From assembly GCA_020184695.1 (NCBI GenBank), contig JAANOX010000003.1:1-64000 (forward strand): a stretch of DNA of 64,000 nucleotides, written 5' to 3'. The position numbers were made by a program, and so were the translations under genes. The DNA is from Histomonas meleagridis 2922-C6/04-290x (lineage: Eukaryota; Protista; Parabasalia). Shown here piece after piece: positions 23,341-34,712 of the stretch (positions within the stretch are counted from its first letter, which is position 1; each line of letters opens with the position of its first letter). The notes under the pieces are model-generated. The model worked only from the letters and a program-made list of their open reading frames with translations, had not been told where the DNA came from and did no database searches.

Positions 23341-24120
23341 TTAAATATTTATATTTATGGCTGTAGCGTTTTGTTTTTAGGGTTTACTTAAATTTTTGAA
23401 AAAATTTTATGTCATTAAATCTATTGAATCTTCAATGACCTTCTAAATGTTGGCTTAGTTATTAGTGTGATGATATTTCTACCAGAGTAGCAATTCTTTG
23501 TTTAATTCTTGGATAAATAACGATATTATGATCTTGATTAATTATAAATAAATCTAGAACCCTTTGTTTAAGTCGTGTTCTCTCAATAAGTTCAATGATG
23601 TCGGCAGTCGATTCGTTCAAAATAGTATGACGTTCAATATAACTTCATTGAAAGAACTTTGCATGGGTTTGGAAAAATAAAATTGAATTGAAAAATAAAA
23701 AAATTCCACTAAATTATTCAAAACTGATTTTGAAAAAAAAATTAATGATCAAAAAAACAATGTAATTGTCAGACTCAATACCGAAATATGTGCTGGATGA
23801 TAACATTATGATGAATAAATTAAAAGAAAATCATATTAAAATTATTTTTATAATATGTATATTGCTTAATAATAATGAAATACTCATTTTTATGAATCGA
23901 TCATATCTTTTTTTCCCCTAAATTTTATTGATATTGTTCATATTCTTTTCTTTATTGTAATTAATAAAAATGAGCAAAGTTATTTTTATTAGAATTAAAG
24001 TAAACTCAAGATATTGTTATTTTTTCGACAACAGAAATCCACCCAAAAAATCTGAATTTCTCTTTTGAATTTATTTTTCTGAACGACGATTGGTTTCTTC
24101 TGAAAAAATCAAACACAAAA

Positions 24121-24525
24121 ATGGAACAACAGCAACAACCAACTCAACCGACCACTGAACCAAATTCGCCACAACAAGAAAAAGAACATAAGGTTAAGCT
24201 TCCTCGTGGCCAAGGCGTTGAAGGAAAAAGGGTAAGAGAGCGGTTGGGTCCTGAACAATGTTATGAATCTAAAGAATGGAATTTCTTAAAAAAGAAATTT
24301 AGTTCTGGCGTTACACAAAGTGAATTACGCAGTATTGCGCAGATTGTTTGCTTAAAAGCAAATTTAAAACTTGATAGAGAAGCTTCAAGAGATAAACGCG
24401 TATTGATTAAATGGTTCGGCGAAAATTGGAATGTAGTTGAGCCTTATGTTCAACGCATTTATTTACATGATAGCGAAGAAAAAATTATTGATGAAGACAG
24501 AGAAAACAAATTTTTCAATGAATGA
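24121..24525 (+). CDS. Initiator-binding-domain (IBD, IBP39-like) transcription factor
   Basis: ELRSIAQIVC...KLDREASRDKRVLIKWFGENW matches the parabasalid IBD pattern. Confidence 0.85.
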   Translation: MEQQQQPTQPTTEPNSPQQEKEHKVKLPRGQGVEGKRVRERLGPEQCYESKEWNFLKKKFSSGVTQSELRSIAQIVCLKANLKLDREASRDKRVLIKWFGENWNVVEPYVQRIYLHDSEEKIIDEDRENKFFNE

Positions 24526-25041
24526 ACATAATTTTGAACAAGCAGATGTGCTAGGAATTTAAAATGTTATATAGTCACAATATTTTCTCAATAAAACAAT
24601 TTCCATTGGTAAATTCAATTGTCATTAACTTATTTTCATCATACTGGATAGCTTTGCTCAAAATTGTCCTCGAAATAAGCTAAATTAATATTCAAATTCA
24701 TTCATGTCCCTAAATTTGAGGTTAATAGCCCTACTTTACAAAAAGGGGTCAGACAAATTTGTCAGAATAATAGAATAATTAATCAATGTATTCGAAAAGT
24801 TTTTCTGACTCTTTCACACCAAAAATTGTACATTCAATTTTTTCTTAGATTTACTTTTATTTTCTCAAAAGTTGTATCGTCATAAATTTTATCGTAGTGT
24901 ATCAAATTCTCTGGCAGGGTTAGGTTTGCAACTCACAAGGGAATTAACAAATGAATATTTTCATCGTTGAGGTAGTAATTTAAAGGTATTTTCATTATAA
25001 TGAACATCAAATCGAGAATTAAGCTTTTCCTCATAAAAATA

Positions 25042-25990
25042 TTATATGATACCTATAATCACTATTTCTCTGCAATTCCAAGAAGATGCTATCATAAGTG
25101 CTGTACCAAATAATTTAAATAATTTCCAAATATTATATTGAAAACCAAAATTATTAAGGTAAATATCAAATAAAACAAATAAATATCTTTAGCATGAATA
25201 TCAATTCCTTCTTGATTTAAAATATATTCAAAAAATTCGTGATTTCCTAATTGCACAGAATTTACTAAAATGTTTTTTGGAATTGGATTTTCTTTCAGAA
25301 TATGTTTAATGAGATAAAGATTTTCAAGCATTGCAATATTATTAATAATATTTTCATTAATTTTCATACCATTTTTCTGTAAAAATGTAAAAATTTCAAT
25401 ATTCCAAAACAGAATACTTAAATTTCCTAATTTTTCTAAATCATCAATTTTAATAATTTTATTTTCATAAAGATATTTAAAAATATCATTTCGATGGAAT
25501 TGAATTGCTGTTTCATATGCATCTTTAAATGTTGAATGATTTTGTTCACATAAGTGAATTATTTCTAAATTTACACCTGCAACTGCATATTTACCTGTAT
25601 TTTTTACATTTGCTCCATTCATAAGTAAATATTTAAAACATTTAACTGATCCAAAAAATGCTGCATAATCAATTAATGAAACATTATCTTCATTAATAAA
25701 TGAACATCTTTCATAAAGTGATGGTTCAATAAATTGATTAAAATCAAAATTTGTTTGTGATGATATTTCTTGAAGTTTTTCGATTTCATCATTTCGAATT
25801 ATTTTTGTAATTTCATTTGGATTATGTCCTTCTTCAATTAATTGCTTGTGAAGTTCCCAATCGTTCTTTGAAAGTTCTTTAATGTTAGAATATTATAATA
25901 TATTATTATTATTCTTTTGCATAAAAATACAGATTGAGACAAAATGACTTATAACTATATTAAAAGAACATGGGTAATTATAATCGAATA
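25042..25990 (-). pseudogene. Internally deleted DUF3447-type ankyrin gene ending in an 80-nt spacer and a partial ankyrin module
   Basis: Frame is open from ~25893 (KELSKNDWELHK...LIDYAAFFGSVKCFKYLL), paralogous to 32384. About 100 aa appear to be missing after YNYPCSFN. Spacer at 25105-25184, then TALMIASSW... from 25104. Confidence 0.78.
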
Positions 25991-26493
25991 TAGATATAAT
26001 TGATTGAGCTGACTGAGAAATATTTTCCTTGTTTTTATAACTGTCAAAACCGATGAAATTTCGATTTGGTATTTTTTTTGCTACTCTTTTCGATTTGATA
26101 AACGATCGTTGTACTTTTGAAAAAAAATTAAAATTAAATTTAATAACTATTTATCGATCATTAGGTAGCTATTCCTTATAACATTTCACTTAATTTTTTT
26201 TATCATATAAAAATAAAGCAATATTTCACTCTAAAATATCTTTTTTTTTGTAACTTCCTATGAAGTTCATTGATCAATTAATGGTGTTCAAGAGTTTTAT
26301 ATCCAAATAAATTCACAAAAGTCTCCTCAAAAGCATCAGAATTAATTTCTTGCAAGAAAGAAATCGTGTTCCTTTATTTTTCTTATTTTAATATAAAAAT
26401 GAATTCAATGAAATTTTATTTGCCATCAAATTTCAATTTTTTTATATTCGACACAATTCCAAAAAAATATTTTTACTTTAATTCGCTTTTGTT

Positions 26494-27651
26494 TTATTCC
26501 TGAATCATCAAAGCGTCTGCTGGAATCAATCCCACACAATCATTTACATTCTTACACTTCAAGTATTCACCTTGGTTCTCAAGAACGAGCACCTGCTCAT
26601 CGATTCTTACATCGATTTGGTTCATAACTCCGCGGAAGTCTTTGACTGCGCGCGCGATCTTTGCGCCTTCTTTCAGCTCCTTCTCCCACGCCTTCGTCAT
26701 GTTGAGGAACTTGGACGACACTGATGGAACGCTGATGCACTGGAACCCAATGGACGCCTCAGGATCTTTGACATTTTTGAAACTCGAAATCGTTTTCGAA
26801 TCGCTTGTCAAATCACGCTCCTTAAGGGCTTCTTTGATGTCGTTGGCAGACTCACTGAAGAGATACGCGGTACGTTCAATGTCAGATGAAAGTTTAAGAA
26901 GGGCTTCGCGTATGCTAATAAACCGCCATTGTTCAAGTGTCTCAAAATCAGAAAGAAACTGATCAAAACTTGTGGACATGGCAGAGCGTTGCTCGTTTGC
27001 TTGATTATGGGCATCAACGGCAGCGTTTTGGGCTTTGACAAATTCATCTCGTAATTGTTGTAGCTTGGGCGACTTGGAGTTGTAGGCATCTTGCACAGCT
27101 TTCCCAGCGGCTTCATAATGTTTGTGTGCTTCTTGGGCTCGATGATGTGATGTTTGTACATTATGAACTGATTCACCAACTTTTTGAAGTAACTCTTCGC
27201 ACTTAGTCTTATAGTCATTATGAATAGCACGTATGCTGTCGGCAGCACGGAATCTGATAGTCTGCATAAAGAAATTAAAATTGGTGGTTGGATTTAATAC
27301 AGATTCAGAAAGATGGATCCAAGCGTTATGAAAATCAGATCGGTACTTTGTTTCAGTTGGGTAAAGTTTTGCTGTTTGAGAATTGCTAAGTTTTTGAAGA
27401 GAATCAACAAGCTTTTGAAGTTGCTCCCCATAATCTACTAAGTGACGATGAATTTCAGCCATTACACGACAGTTTTCACTGCATGCTCCTTTGATTATTG
27501 TAATTGTCTCTGTAATTTTTGGAACTTTTTTATTCTCCATTTTGCTTGTGAAGTCGTTAAGAGCTTCAATTGCTTGTACAAAACCGCCATCTCCCACTTT
27601 TTCAACATAAAATTTAAATTGCGAAGAGCCGTTCAGGTTCTGATCGTTCAC
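26494..27651 (-). CDS. F-BAR plus C-terminal SH3 domain protein
   Basis: Long helical coiled region followed by ARAVKDF...QVLVLE...GLIP, an SH3 pattern. Confidence 0.75.
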   Translation of the reverse strand: MNDQNLNGSSQFKFYVEKVGDGGFVQAIEALNDFTSKMENKKVPKITETITIIKGACSENCRVMAEIHRHLVDYGEQLQKLVDSLQKLSNSQTAKLYPTETKYRSDFHNAWIHLSESVLNPTTNFNFFMQTIRFRAADSIRAIHNDYKTKCEELLQKVGESVHNVQTSHHRAQEAHKHYEAAGKAVQDAYNSKSPKLQQLRDEFVKAQNAAVDAHNQANEQRSAMSTSFDQFLSDFETLEQWRFISIREALLKLSSDIERTAYLFSESANDIKEALKERDLTSDSKTISSFKNVKDPEASIGFQCISVPSVSSKFLNMTKAWEKELKEGAKIARAVKDFRGVMNQIDVRIDEQVLVLENQGEYLKCKNVNDCVGLIPADALMIQE

Positions 27652-29122
27652 AATAGAAATATCAACACAGTTTCTTTCAAAAATTGATTAGGAAACCCAA
27701 AAACCAATGTAATGATGGTTTCGCTCAAGAAACATTATTGATTGAGTCTAGTTGTTGAGCAGAATGATTAGAAATCCTCCAAAAGAAAATCCTTTTAATT
27801 TAATTTATTTCTGCAATAATTTTAAAATTTTACAAAATAATTTATAAACCATGGATAATTCCTGAGGTTCAACCCCATTTATAAATGGAAATATTCTCGT
27901 TGATGAACTTGTTTTCCATCTGTCGCGAAATTAATGTTTGTCAATCTTTTTTTAAATCAGTGGGAAAATTATTAAAGACAGTGTCAAGATTTGCAGCTTT
28001 CATCCTTCATGTGCATTTGATACTCTTTCCATTTATAAAATGGCTAGTCGTGCCGTCGCTCATTTTTGGATGAAAAATGTAATATTTTCATCAAATAGCT
28101 TGGTAATTCAGAGTGCTAATTACATTTATTTATATTCCGACTCATTAATTGTGAAGTTGTTTTATGTGAAATTTCAAAGCATTGGATCATATAATAATAT
28201 GGTTGTGGGTATGTTCAGTTTCTACATCCGGATCACAATTTAATGGTAACATAATCAAAGCTGAACTATCTTACATCAAAAAGAACCAGAGACAGAAACA
28301 TTTACAAATTTGTAAATAAAGAATTTCCCGCATCCATAAAAAAGATGAAGATTTACTAAATTATTTTACAAATTTGGAACTGTTAGATTGTCCAAAAATT
28401 GGACAAAACGGAATCGGATTTTGAAAATGTTGGCCGCGAAAAGATGTAGTAATCAATGGAATTCACAAAAAAAATGTTGACGGAAATGTATAGAGATTTC
28501 TGACTAAAAATGAAGGAAAAAAAAATGTTTCAAAACGAAAAAGTACTTCAAGGAAGCTTGTAAAAAAGTTTAAATATTTTTGTTTTATTTGAAATTGTTA
28601 ACTTTTGTTCTCAAGTATTGGGCTGAATATCCATTAATCAAAATACAAACGCAATTGTTGAATTTTTTTATGACATTACATGTAATTATTAGCATGTTAA
28701 GTGTTTTTATTTTTCTCTTTTGCAACAAAATTTATACTCAAAGCCACCCATAAATAACTACTATACTTTACAGAAAGATTATAATTATCTGCGCTTAAAA
28801 TTTGTTTTGATGATCAGTAAGAGACATAACAGTTCAAGAAACAAAAAAGATATACAACCTATTTAAATCACTTTTATCTATGCATTATTCAAGTTCTTTC
28901 ATAATTTTTACTTTTTCATTTTAGTGAATCTTTGGATAAATTTTTAAGAATATGGTTTTCTTCTTCCGTTCGATTTTATAATATCTTATTAATTTCATGT
29001 CATCTTTGTGAAAATAAGATTGACCCTGGAAAGAATAATGCTAATTAAACTCAGGAATTTATTTTCGGCGCTTTCAAAAATGTTAAACGTTTAAAGTTTC
29101 AGAAATTTACAAATCGACAAAA

Positions 29123-30277
29123 ATGTATCTGGCAACCAAAGCCTCACGTTCTGCTTCATTCAGTGACACAGACATATCTGCTCTCCAGGGATGGAGTGAA
29201 GAAGAACGCCGCAATGTTTGCCTTACATTTTGTATTGATTCACAAAACCTTACTGTCGCATTATGTCCACTTCGCAATACCAAAAAAGCCATTTACCTCA
29301 ACTCCGTTCGAGTTAACAAAGCCCAAGATGTCAAAGACAATTATGAATTTTTACGTAACGCTTTTGGCCGAAATAATTGCACTGTTGTATATTCCACCAT
29401 GAGTTTTGCAGGTCCAATTTCACAAGATCACGTTGTTATCACTAACTGGCAATGTGATGCACGAGATCGTGTTATTCATTTTACATCACTTCCATTTGAT
29501 CTTTTTCCATTAGACCGAAGGCGATTTATGAACGATCTTGAAGCCGCCTCCTATGGTCTTCTTGCCAAAGACCTACGTGTTAATTCACTTGACACCATAT
29601 TTTCACCACTTTGGGAGACACCATCCTCATCAAAGACGATCACACTTCGTGGCTCATCCTGTGTTATTCTTATTGGCGATGGCCTTGGAGTTTCCTATAT
29701 CAATCGTCATGTCTCATCTGAACATAATTGTGTTGTTTCTTCAGAAGCTGGGCATGCGCAATGTTACATTTCTTTACCAAGTAGCCCAAAGTATGCCAAA
29801 GAGTGCGAACTGATCCGGTTTGTCTCCCACAAGCTTCACGGAGGCTCACACCAGCCCGAGTGGGAGGACATGTGCTCGTTCAGAGGCGGCGAACTCATTT
29901 ATCAATTCGTAAAACCGGAAACCGCTCCGATAGGATACAATCAAATTCGGGAACTCGCCATCGGCGGTGACCATGCCGCATTAAAGGCTTTTAAGATACA
30001 TTATAAGTTTATAATGCGGGCGATACAGTCAATGGTGTTGGGAGTTCGCTGCAAAAAAGTTTTCATCATATCTGAGGCACAAGTTAAAAATTCGGTTCTC
30101 ATGAAACAATTCTCTGATAAGCTGAAGAGGACATTCCAGGATCACCCAAGATCTGATTGGCTAAAGAAGGTTACGATATATGGGCAAGTGATAAATTCAC
30201 AATTCGGTTTGTCGGGTGGATTGTTTTTGTCAAATATTTTCGCTGATACAATACAAAAGTTTAGTCATACATCATAA
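29123..30277 (+). CDS. Glucokinase (bacterial-type Glk family, as in trichomonads)
   Basis: FAGPI, ITNW, MNDLEAASYG, GDGLGVS, SEAGH and EWEDMCS motifs. Confidence 0.85.
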   Translation: MYLATKASRSASFSDTDISALQGWSEEERRNVCLTFCIDSQNLTVALCPLRNTKKAIYLNSVRVNKAQDVKDNYEFLRNAFGRNNCTVVYSTMSFAGPISQDHVVITNWQCDARDRVIHFTSLPFDLFPLDRRRFMNDLEAASYGLLAKDLRVNSLDTIFSPLWETPSSSKTITLRGSSCVILIGDGLGVSYINRHVSSEHNCVVSSEAGHAQCYISLPSSPKYAKECELIRFVSHKLHGGSHQPEWEDMCSFRGGELIYQFVKPETAPIGYNQIRELAIGGDHAALKAFKIHYKFIMRAIQSMVLGVRCKKVFIISEAQVKNSVLMKQFSDKLKRTFQDHPRSDWLKKVTIYGQVINSQFGLSGGLFLSNIFADTIQKFSHTS

Positions 30278-30702
30278 ATAAACTTAATGTGAGTACTTTA
30301 TACCTCTTATTGTAATGAAATATTTCATTTTAAATGAATTAATGTTAGTGTCAAACGATAGACAAATTAAATGACCAGAAAACTGTTTTTCACAGAAAAA
30401 ACTATCGTCGTTTTGAAAATTCCTATCGTTCACCGATCATAAATATTTTTTAATGTAATGCATTGCATAAAGGTGAATCATTTTCCATTTGACATATGAT
30501 CATTCAAACGTACATTATATATATTATTTTTTTTGCTATATAGATTCAAACTTGTAAATATAGTAAAATATAAAATTTGATTAAGAATATATATTAAAGT
30601 CAAATTTTCATATCTAAAAATCCAGAAAAACGTTACAACAATATATACATTTTATTCTAAACAATCCTCTATTAATATTTTATATGTTTTCTTTGGCCTA
30701 AT

Positions 30703-32238
30703 TCATCTCCAAAATTTACTATAATATTTGATGTCATCTGTGTTAATTGAAACGACATTATTTCCTATGTTCGACAAAGATATAAAATTTTTCTCTATGT
30801 CCACATCCACGAAATTGACGTCATCACTTTCCACCATTAAACCGTACACCAAATTAATCAATGTATAAGCGATTTTCATAATTCTAATTGCTTCGTTTAT
30901 GTTGACATTGTTCATTAGTCCTGCAATGTGTCGTACTGCTTGTGATTTCTTTTTACCATTAAATGTCATTGAAATTATCGATAAAATTTGTTCAATTCCA
31001 TGAAAACATTTTTTTGTTATCCCAATTTCAATTGATGTTTTTATGGATTTGTTTTTAACATCATCGACAAATTGAACATTTTTTAATTCGTGAATGAAAT
31101 AAGCAAAAAATAAAAGTGTTGTAGCATATGAAAATGTTAATTTATAATGTTTATATGTTCTTAAGTTTGTTGTTATTGAATTAACAATCGACTTTAGTTC
31201 TTTCTTATGCTTGTCTTCATTTTTTAATGATTCTTCAATAAATTGTGTAAATAATGGAATTAATAATATATCATATTCAACTTGTGATATTTCAATAAAT
31301 ATCATAGGAGATGAGATTTTGGGTAACAAATATTTTGAACGCAATACAGGTAGTTGAGTTTCAATTACATGACTGATTTCGATGTATGAATCAATTTTTT
31401 GTTTAAATAACGATATGTATCGTTCTCTCAATTTTCGCATGACGATAGGATAAATTGTATTGGGGCACTTTTCTAAAAGTGACTGGATAAAGTATCCAGC
31501 TCTTGGAAAAATACAATCAAGTTCTTGGCCAACTATAATGCTAAAACCTGCTGCTTTTGGCCCATGGGCCCTCAAAAGTCGATAGACATTTTTGTTTCGT
31601 GTGATCATGACATCTAATTCATTTCCTTGATCTTCAACATTTTGAACTTCGTCTGAAACTTGGTTTATTTCTTTCCTGCGTCCAGAACAACTAGTTTCGG
31701 GAGCTGTAGAAACCCAGCTATCATTAAGAATTTCTTTTTCGGATTCAAGTTGTCCACTACACTTTGGAAATCCAACTAAATAGTCTTTATGTGCGTAGCT
31801 ACCAACCATTTCTGTTCCTATAGTTCCACTTGTAATTGGGTCTGCGATCTCTGCAAAAACTGTTAACGGCCGTATATTAAAATCATGTCGATGATTTTTT
31901 ATAAAATGATTTCTTTCGTTTTCTGTAAGGAACATATTATTTTCTGTGAGTGTGATAATGTCCGAGTGTGAAATAGGATTATTTGGGGTACATAAAAAAT
32001 CATCAAATGATTTCAGGTCATATACATGGGAGTTTGATTTTTTTTCTTGAGGACAAGATAGTTGAATGGAATTTCGGAAAATATTTAAATTTTTAGTTTG
32101 AACGAAATTTGAGAATGGAGTTAGATTTGGAAAAATAGGGAATCTAGGGTTCCTATAGAAATGGATTGATGTATTTATCATATTTATGTCATTTTTTGAT
32201 AATAGTTCTTTGAGATGATCGCGAATTCTTTTTTCCAT
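30703..32238 (-). CDS. Hypothetical protein, 511 aa
   Basis: Long open ATG ORF; no family recognised. Confidence 0.75.
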   Translation of the reverse strand: MEKRIRDHLKELLSKNDINMINTSIHFYRNPRFPIFPNLTPFSNFVQTKNLNIFRNSIQLSCPQEKKSNSHVYDLKSFDDFLCTPNNPISHSDIITLTENNMFLTENERNHFIKNHRHDFNIRPLTVFAEIADPITSGTIGTEMVGSYAHKDYLVGFPKCSGQLESEKEILNDSWVSTAPETSCSGRRKEINQVSDEVQNVEDQGNELDVMITRNKNVYRLLRAHGPKAAGFSIIVGQELDCIFPRAGYFIQSLLEKCPNTIYPIVMRKLRERYISLFKQKIDSYIEISHVIETQLPVLRSKYLLPKISSPMIFIEISQVEYDILLIPLFTQFIEESLKNEDKHKKELKSIVNSITTNLRTYKHYKLTFSYATTLLFFAYFIHELKNVQFVDDVKNKSIKTSIEIGITKKCFHGIEQILSIISMTFNGKKKSQAVRHIAGLMNNVNINEAIRIMKIAYTLINLVYGLMVESDDVNFVDVDIEKNFISLSNIGNNVVSINTDDIKYYSKFWR

Positions 32239-32383
32239 TCTGTTCCCCCGTTGGGGCGCCCTAAATCACCCCTAATGATGACTTTTTGTATGAAAACATG
32301 ACTTTTTGAAAAGGATGTTCCGTTATCACGATAGCATATAATTGAGTAAGTAAAAAAAATCAAAAATTTGTCATTTTTTATGA

Positions 32384-34670
32384 ATGAAAAAAACTAGATC
32401 ATTACATGTTTCATATAGAAAACCATTGGGTGTAAATTATCCAAAAAATATTAATTCAATTCAAAGAAGTCAAGAAGTTTCAATTAATGATTCATTGAGC
32501 TATAGTTTCCAAAAAAGTTCTTCTTCTTTTCTCTCATTAGAAAATATTATTTTTAATTTAACCAACGATAATATCGAACAATCTTCTGAATTAACAATGA
32601 AATTTTATGATGTGAATTATCCTTATTCCTTCAATCTTTGTATTTGTCGTCTTGTTTATCGAGCTTTTATTTCACAAAGAAATGAAGAAACAATATATTT
32701 TGATTTTTTAAAGTCCCTTCAAATTAAAGAAAAAGCCAACAAAAATCATACCGTTTTTAATGTTTTTAATGAATATTTAATTAAATTAAATTCTCATGAA
32801 TCCTTTTATCTTATAGAAAAGATGATTGAACAAAAACTAATTGATCCTGCCTTTACTATAAAACATCATTATAAGGATCAATTTTATAGACGATTCATTT
32901 CAAATAATAAAGAAATATCAAAAGATGATTGGAAGCTTCATAAAGAATTGGTTAAAGAAGGTGTTAATCCATTAAAAATTGTAAATGTTATTCGGGATGA
33001 CGATTTAGAAAAATTACAAGAAATATCAACACAAAACGATTTCGATTTTAATCAATTAATTAAGTCATCACCTTATGAAAGATATTCATTTATTAGTAAT
33101 AAATATCAAAATATATCAATTATTGATTATTGCGCTTTTTTTAGATCTGTTAAATGTTTTAAATTTTTGTTAATAAATGGTGCAACAATTCGATACACAT
33201 TAAAATATGCAATTGCAGGTGGAAATCTTGAAATTATTCATTTATGTGAACAAAACCATTCGAAAATTGACAATGTATATGAAATAGCAATTGAATTCCA
33301 TCGAAATGATATTTTTCATTATTTTTATAATAAGAAAGTTATTGAAATAAATAATTTGACTCAATTAGGAATTAAATGTATTGAATATGATAACTATGAA
33401 ATATTATTTTTTTTAGAACAAGAAGGTATGGAAATAAATAATAAAATTATTCAGAAATTAGGTTGGACTGGGAATGTTTTCATTATACGTTCTTTCCAAA
33501 ACACCAAACTATTAAATGCAATTTTGCCTGAAGCTTCTTACTCAAATAACTATGAAATTGTATCATTTCTTCTTGAACAAAAAGGAATCAAAGTGAATGA
33601 AAAAGATATTTAATGAGTTTTTTTGAAATTTATTTTGATGATTTTATGTGTATTTGATGAATTTGGAATTTGTTTATATTATTTTATACGGCTCTTATGT
33701 TTGCATGTCAAAATGGTCATATTGAAATTGTAAAGTTACTTCTTGAGCAAAAAAGAATACATGTAAATGAAAAAAATTTTTCTTTGTTTTATATATAATA
33801 AGTTTAATTAATTTGCTATATGTTTTATTAATTTAATATACGTTTTAATATAATAATATTTGTTTAAATGCTTTTAAAACAGCTTTAATGTATGCATCTG
33901 AAAATGGTCATATTGAAATTGTTAATTTACTATTAAAGAGAAAATTAATTGATATTAATGCAAAAGATATTTATATGTTTTATTTAATATATATTCTTAT
34001 AATTTTGCGTATTTTTAAGTAATTTAATTTTTAATTTATTTATTTTGGACAGCTCTAATGTTTGCATCTCAAAAAGGTCACATTAAAATAGTTGAATTGC
34101 TTCTAAAACAAAATAACATTGATATTAATGTAAAAAATATTTAAATAAATGATTTAATATTAATTTAAAAAAATTTGGATTTATTTTAAAAATTTAGAAT
34201 TTTATTAAATTTTTTTGTTCAGCCCTTGTTTTAGCATCTAGAAACGGTAATATAGAAATAGTCGAACTACTTCTTAAACAAAAAGATATTGACATTAATA
34301 CAAAAGATATCCATTCAATTGATATATAATTTATTATAATAACATAGCATTTACTTAATTAATTTGGATTTTGTTTTATTTATTTTTTAGCTCACTTATG
34401 TATGCAAGTTATTTTGGGTATATTAATATTGTCAAGTTATTACTTGAACAAAATGATATCGATGTTAATTCCAAAGATATTTATTTAATTGATTTATAAT
34501 TTTTTTTCGATCTCTTGTTGTTTATTTTATATAGTTGGATTTTGAAATATTTATTTTATTCTGCACTTCGTTATGCTTTCGAACATAATCACAATGAAAT
34601 AGTTAAATTACTTCTTAAACATCCTAAAGTTGACATCACTGAAAAAGAAATTTATTCCCAAAAAATATAA
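32384..34670 (+). CDS. DUF3447-type ankyrin-repeat gene: 409-aa ORF (32384..33613) followed by six ankyrin modules, each separated by an ~80-nt frame-breaking spacer
   Basis: IIDYCAFFRSVKCFKFLLIN...YAIAGGNLEIIHLCEQ in the ORF. Modules start at 33688, 33879, 34049, 34219, 34389 and 34560; final TAA at 34668-34670. Whether the 3' modules are expressed is inference. Confidence 0.75.
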
Positions 34671-34712
34671 ATTTAAATTTTTTTTTTTTACTTCAAAAAT
34701 ATAATTTCTATT

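Noticed and set aside
23465-23640. Possible C/D-box snoRNA (GTGATGA at ~23468)
   Set aside because: No box D (CTGA) at a suitable distance and no terminal stem.
33608-34559. Ankyrin spacers as ordinary GT-AG introns using the CAG in ACA-GCA as acceptor
   Set aside because: No conserved 5' GT, and the AG is absent in several copies (ACG-G, ACT-G, TCT-G, ACA-A). The variation follows Thr/Ser codons instead.
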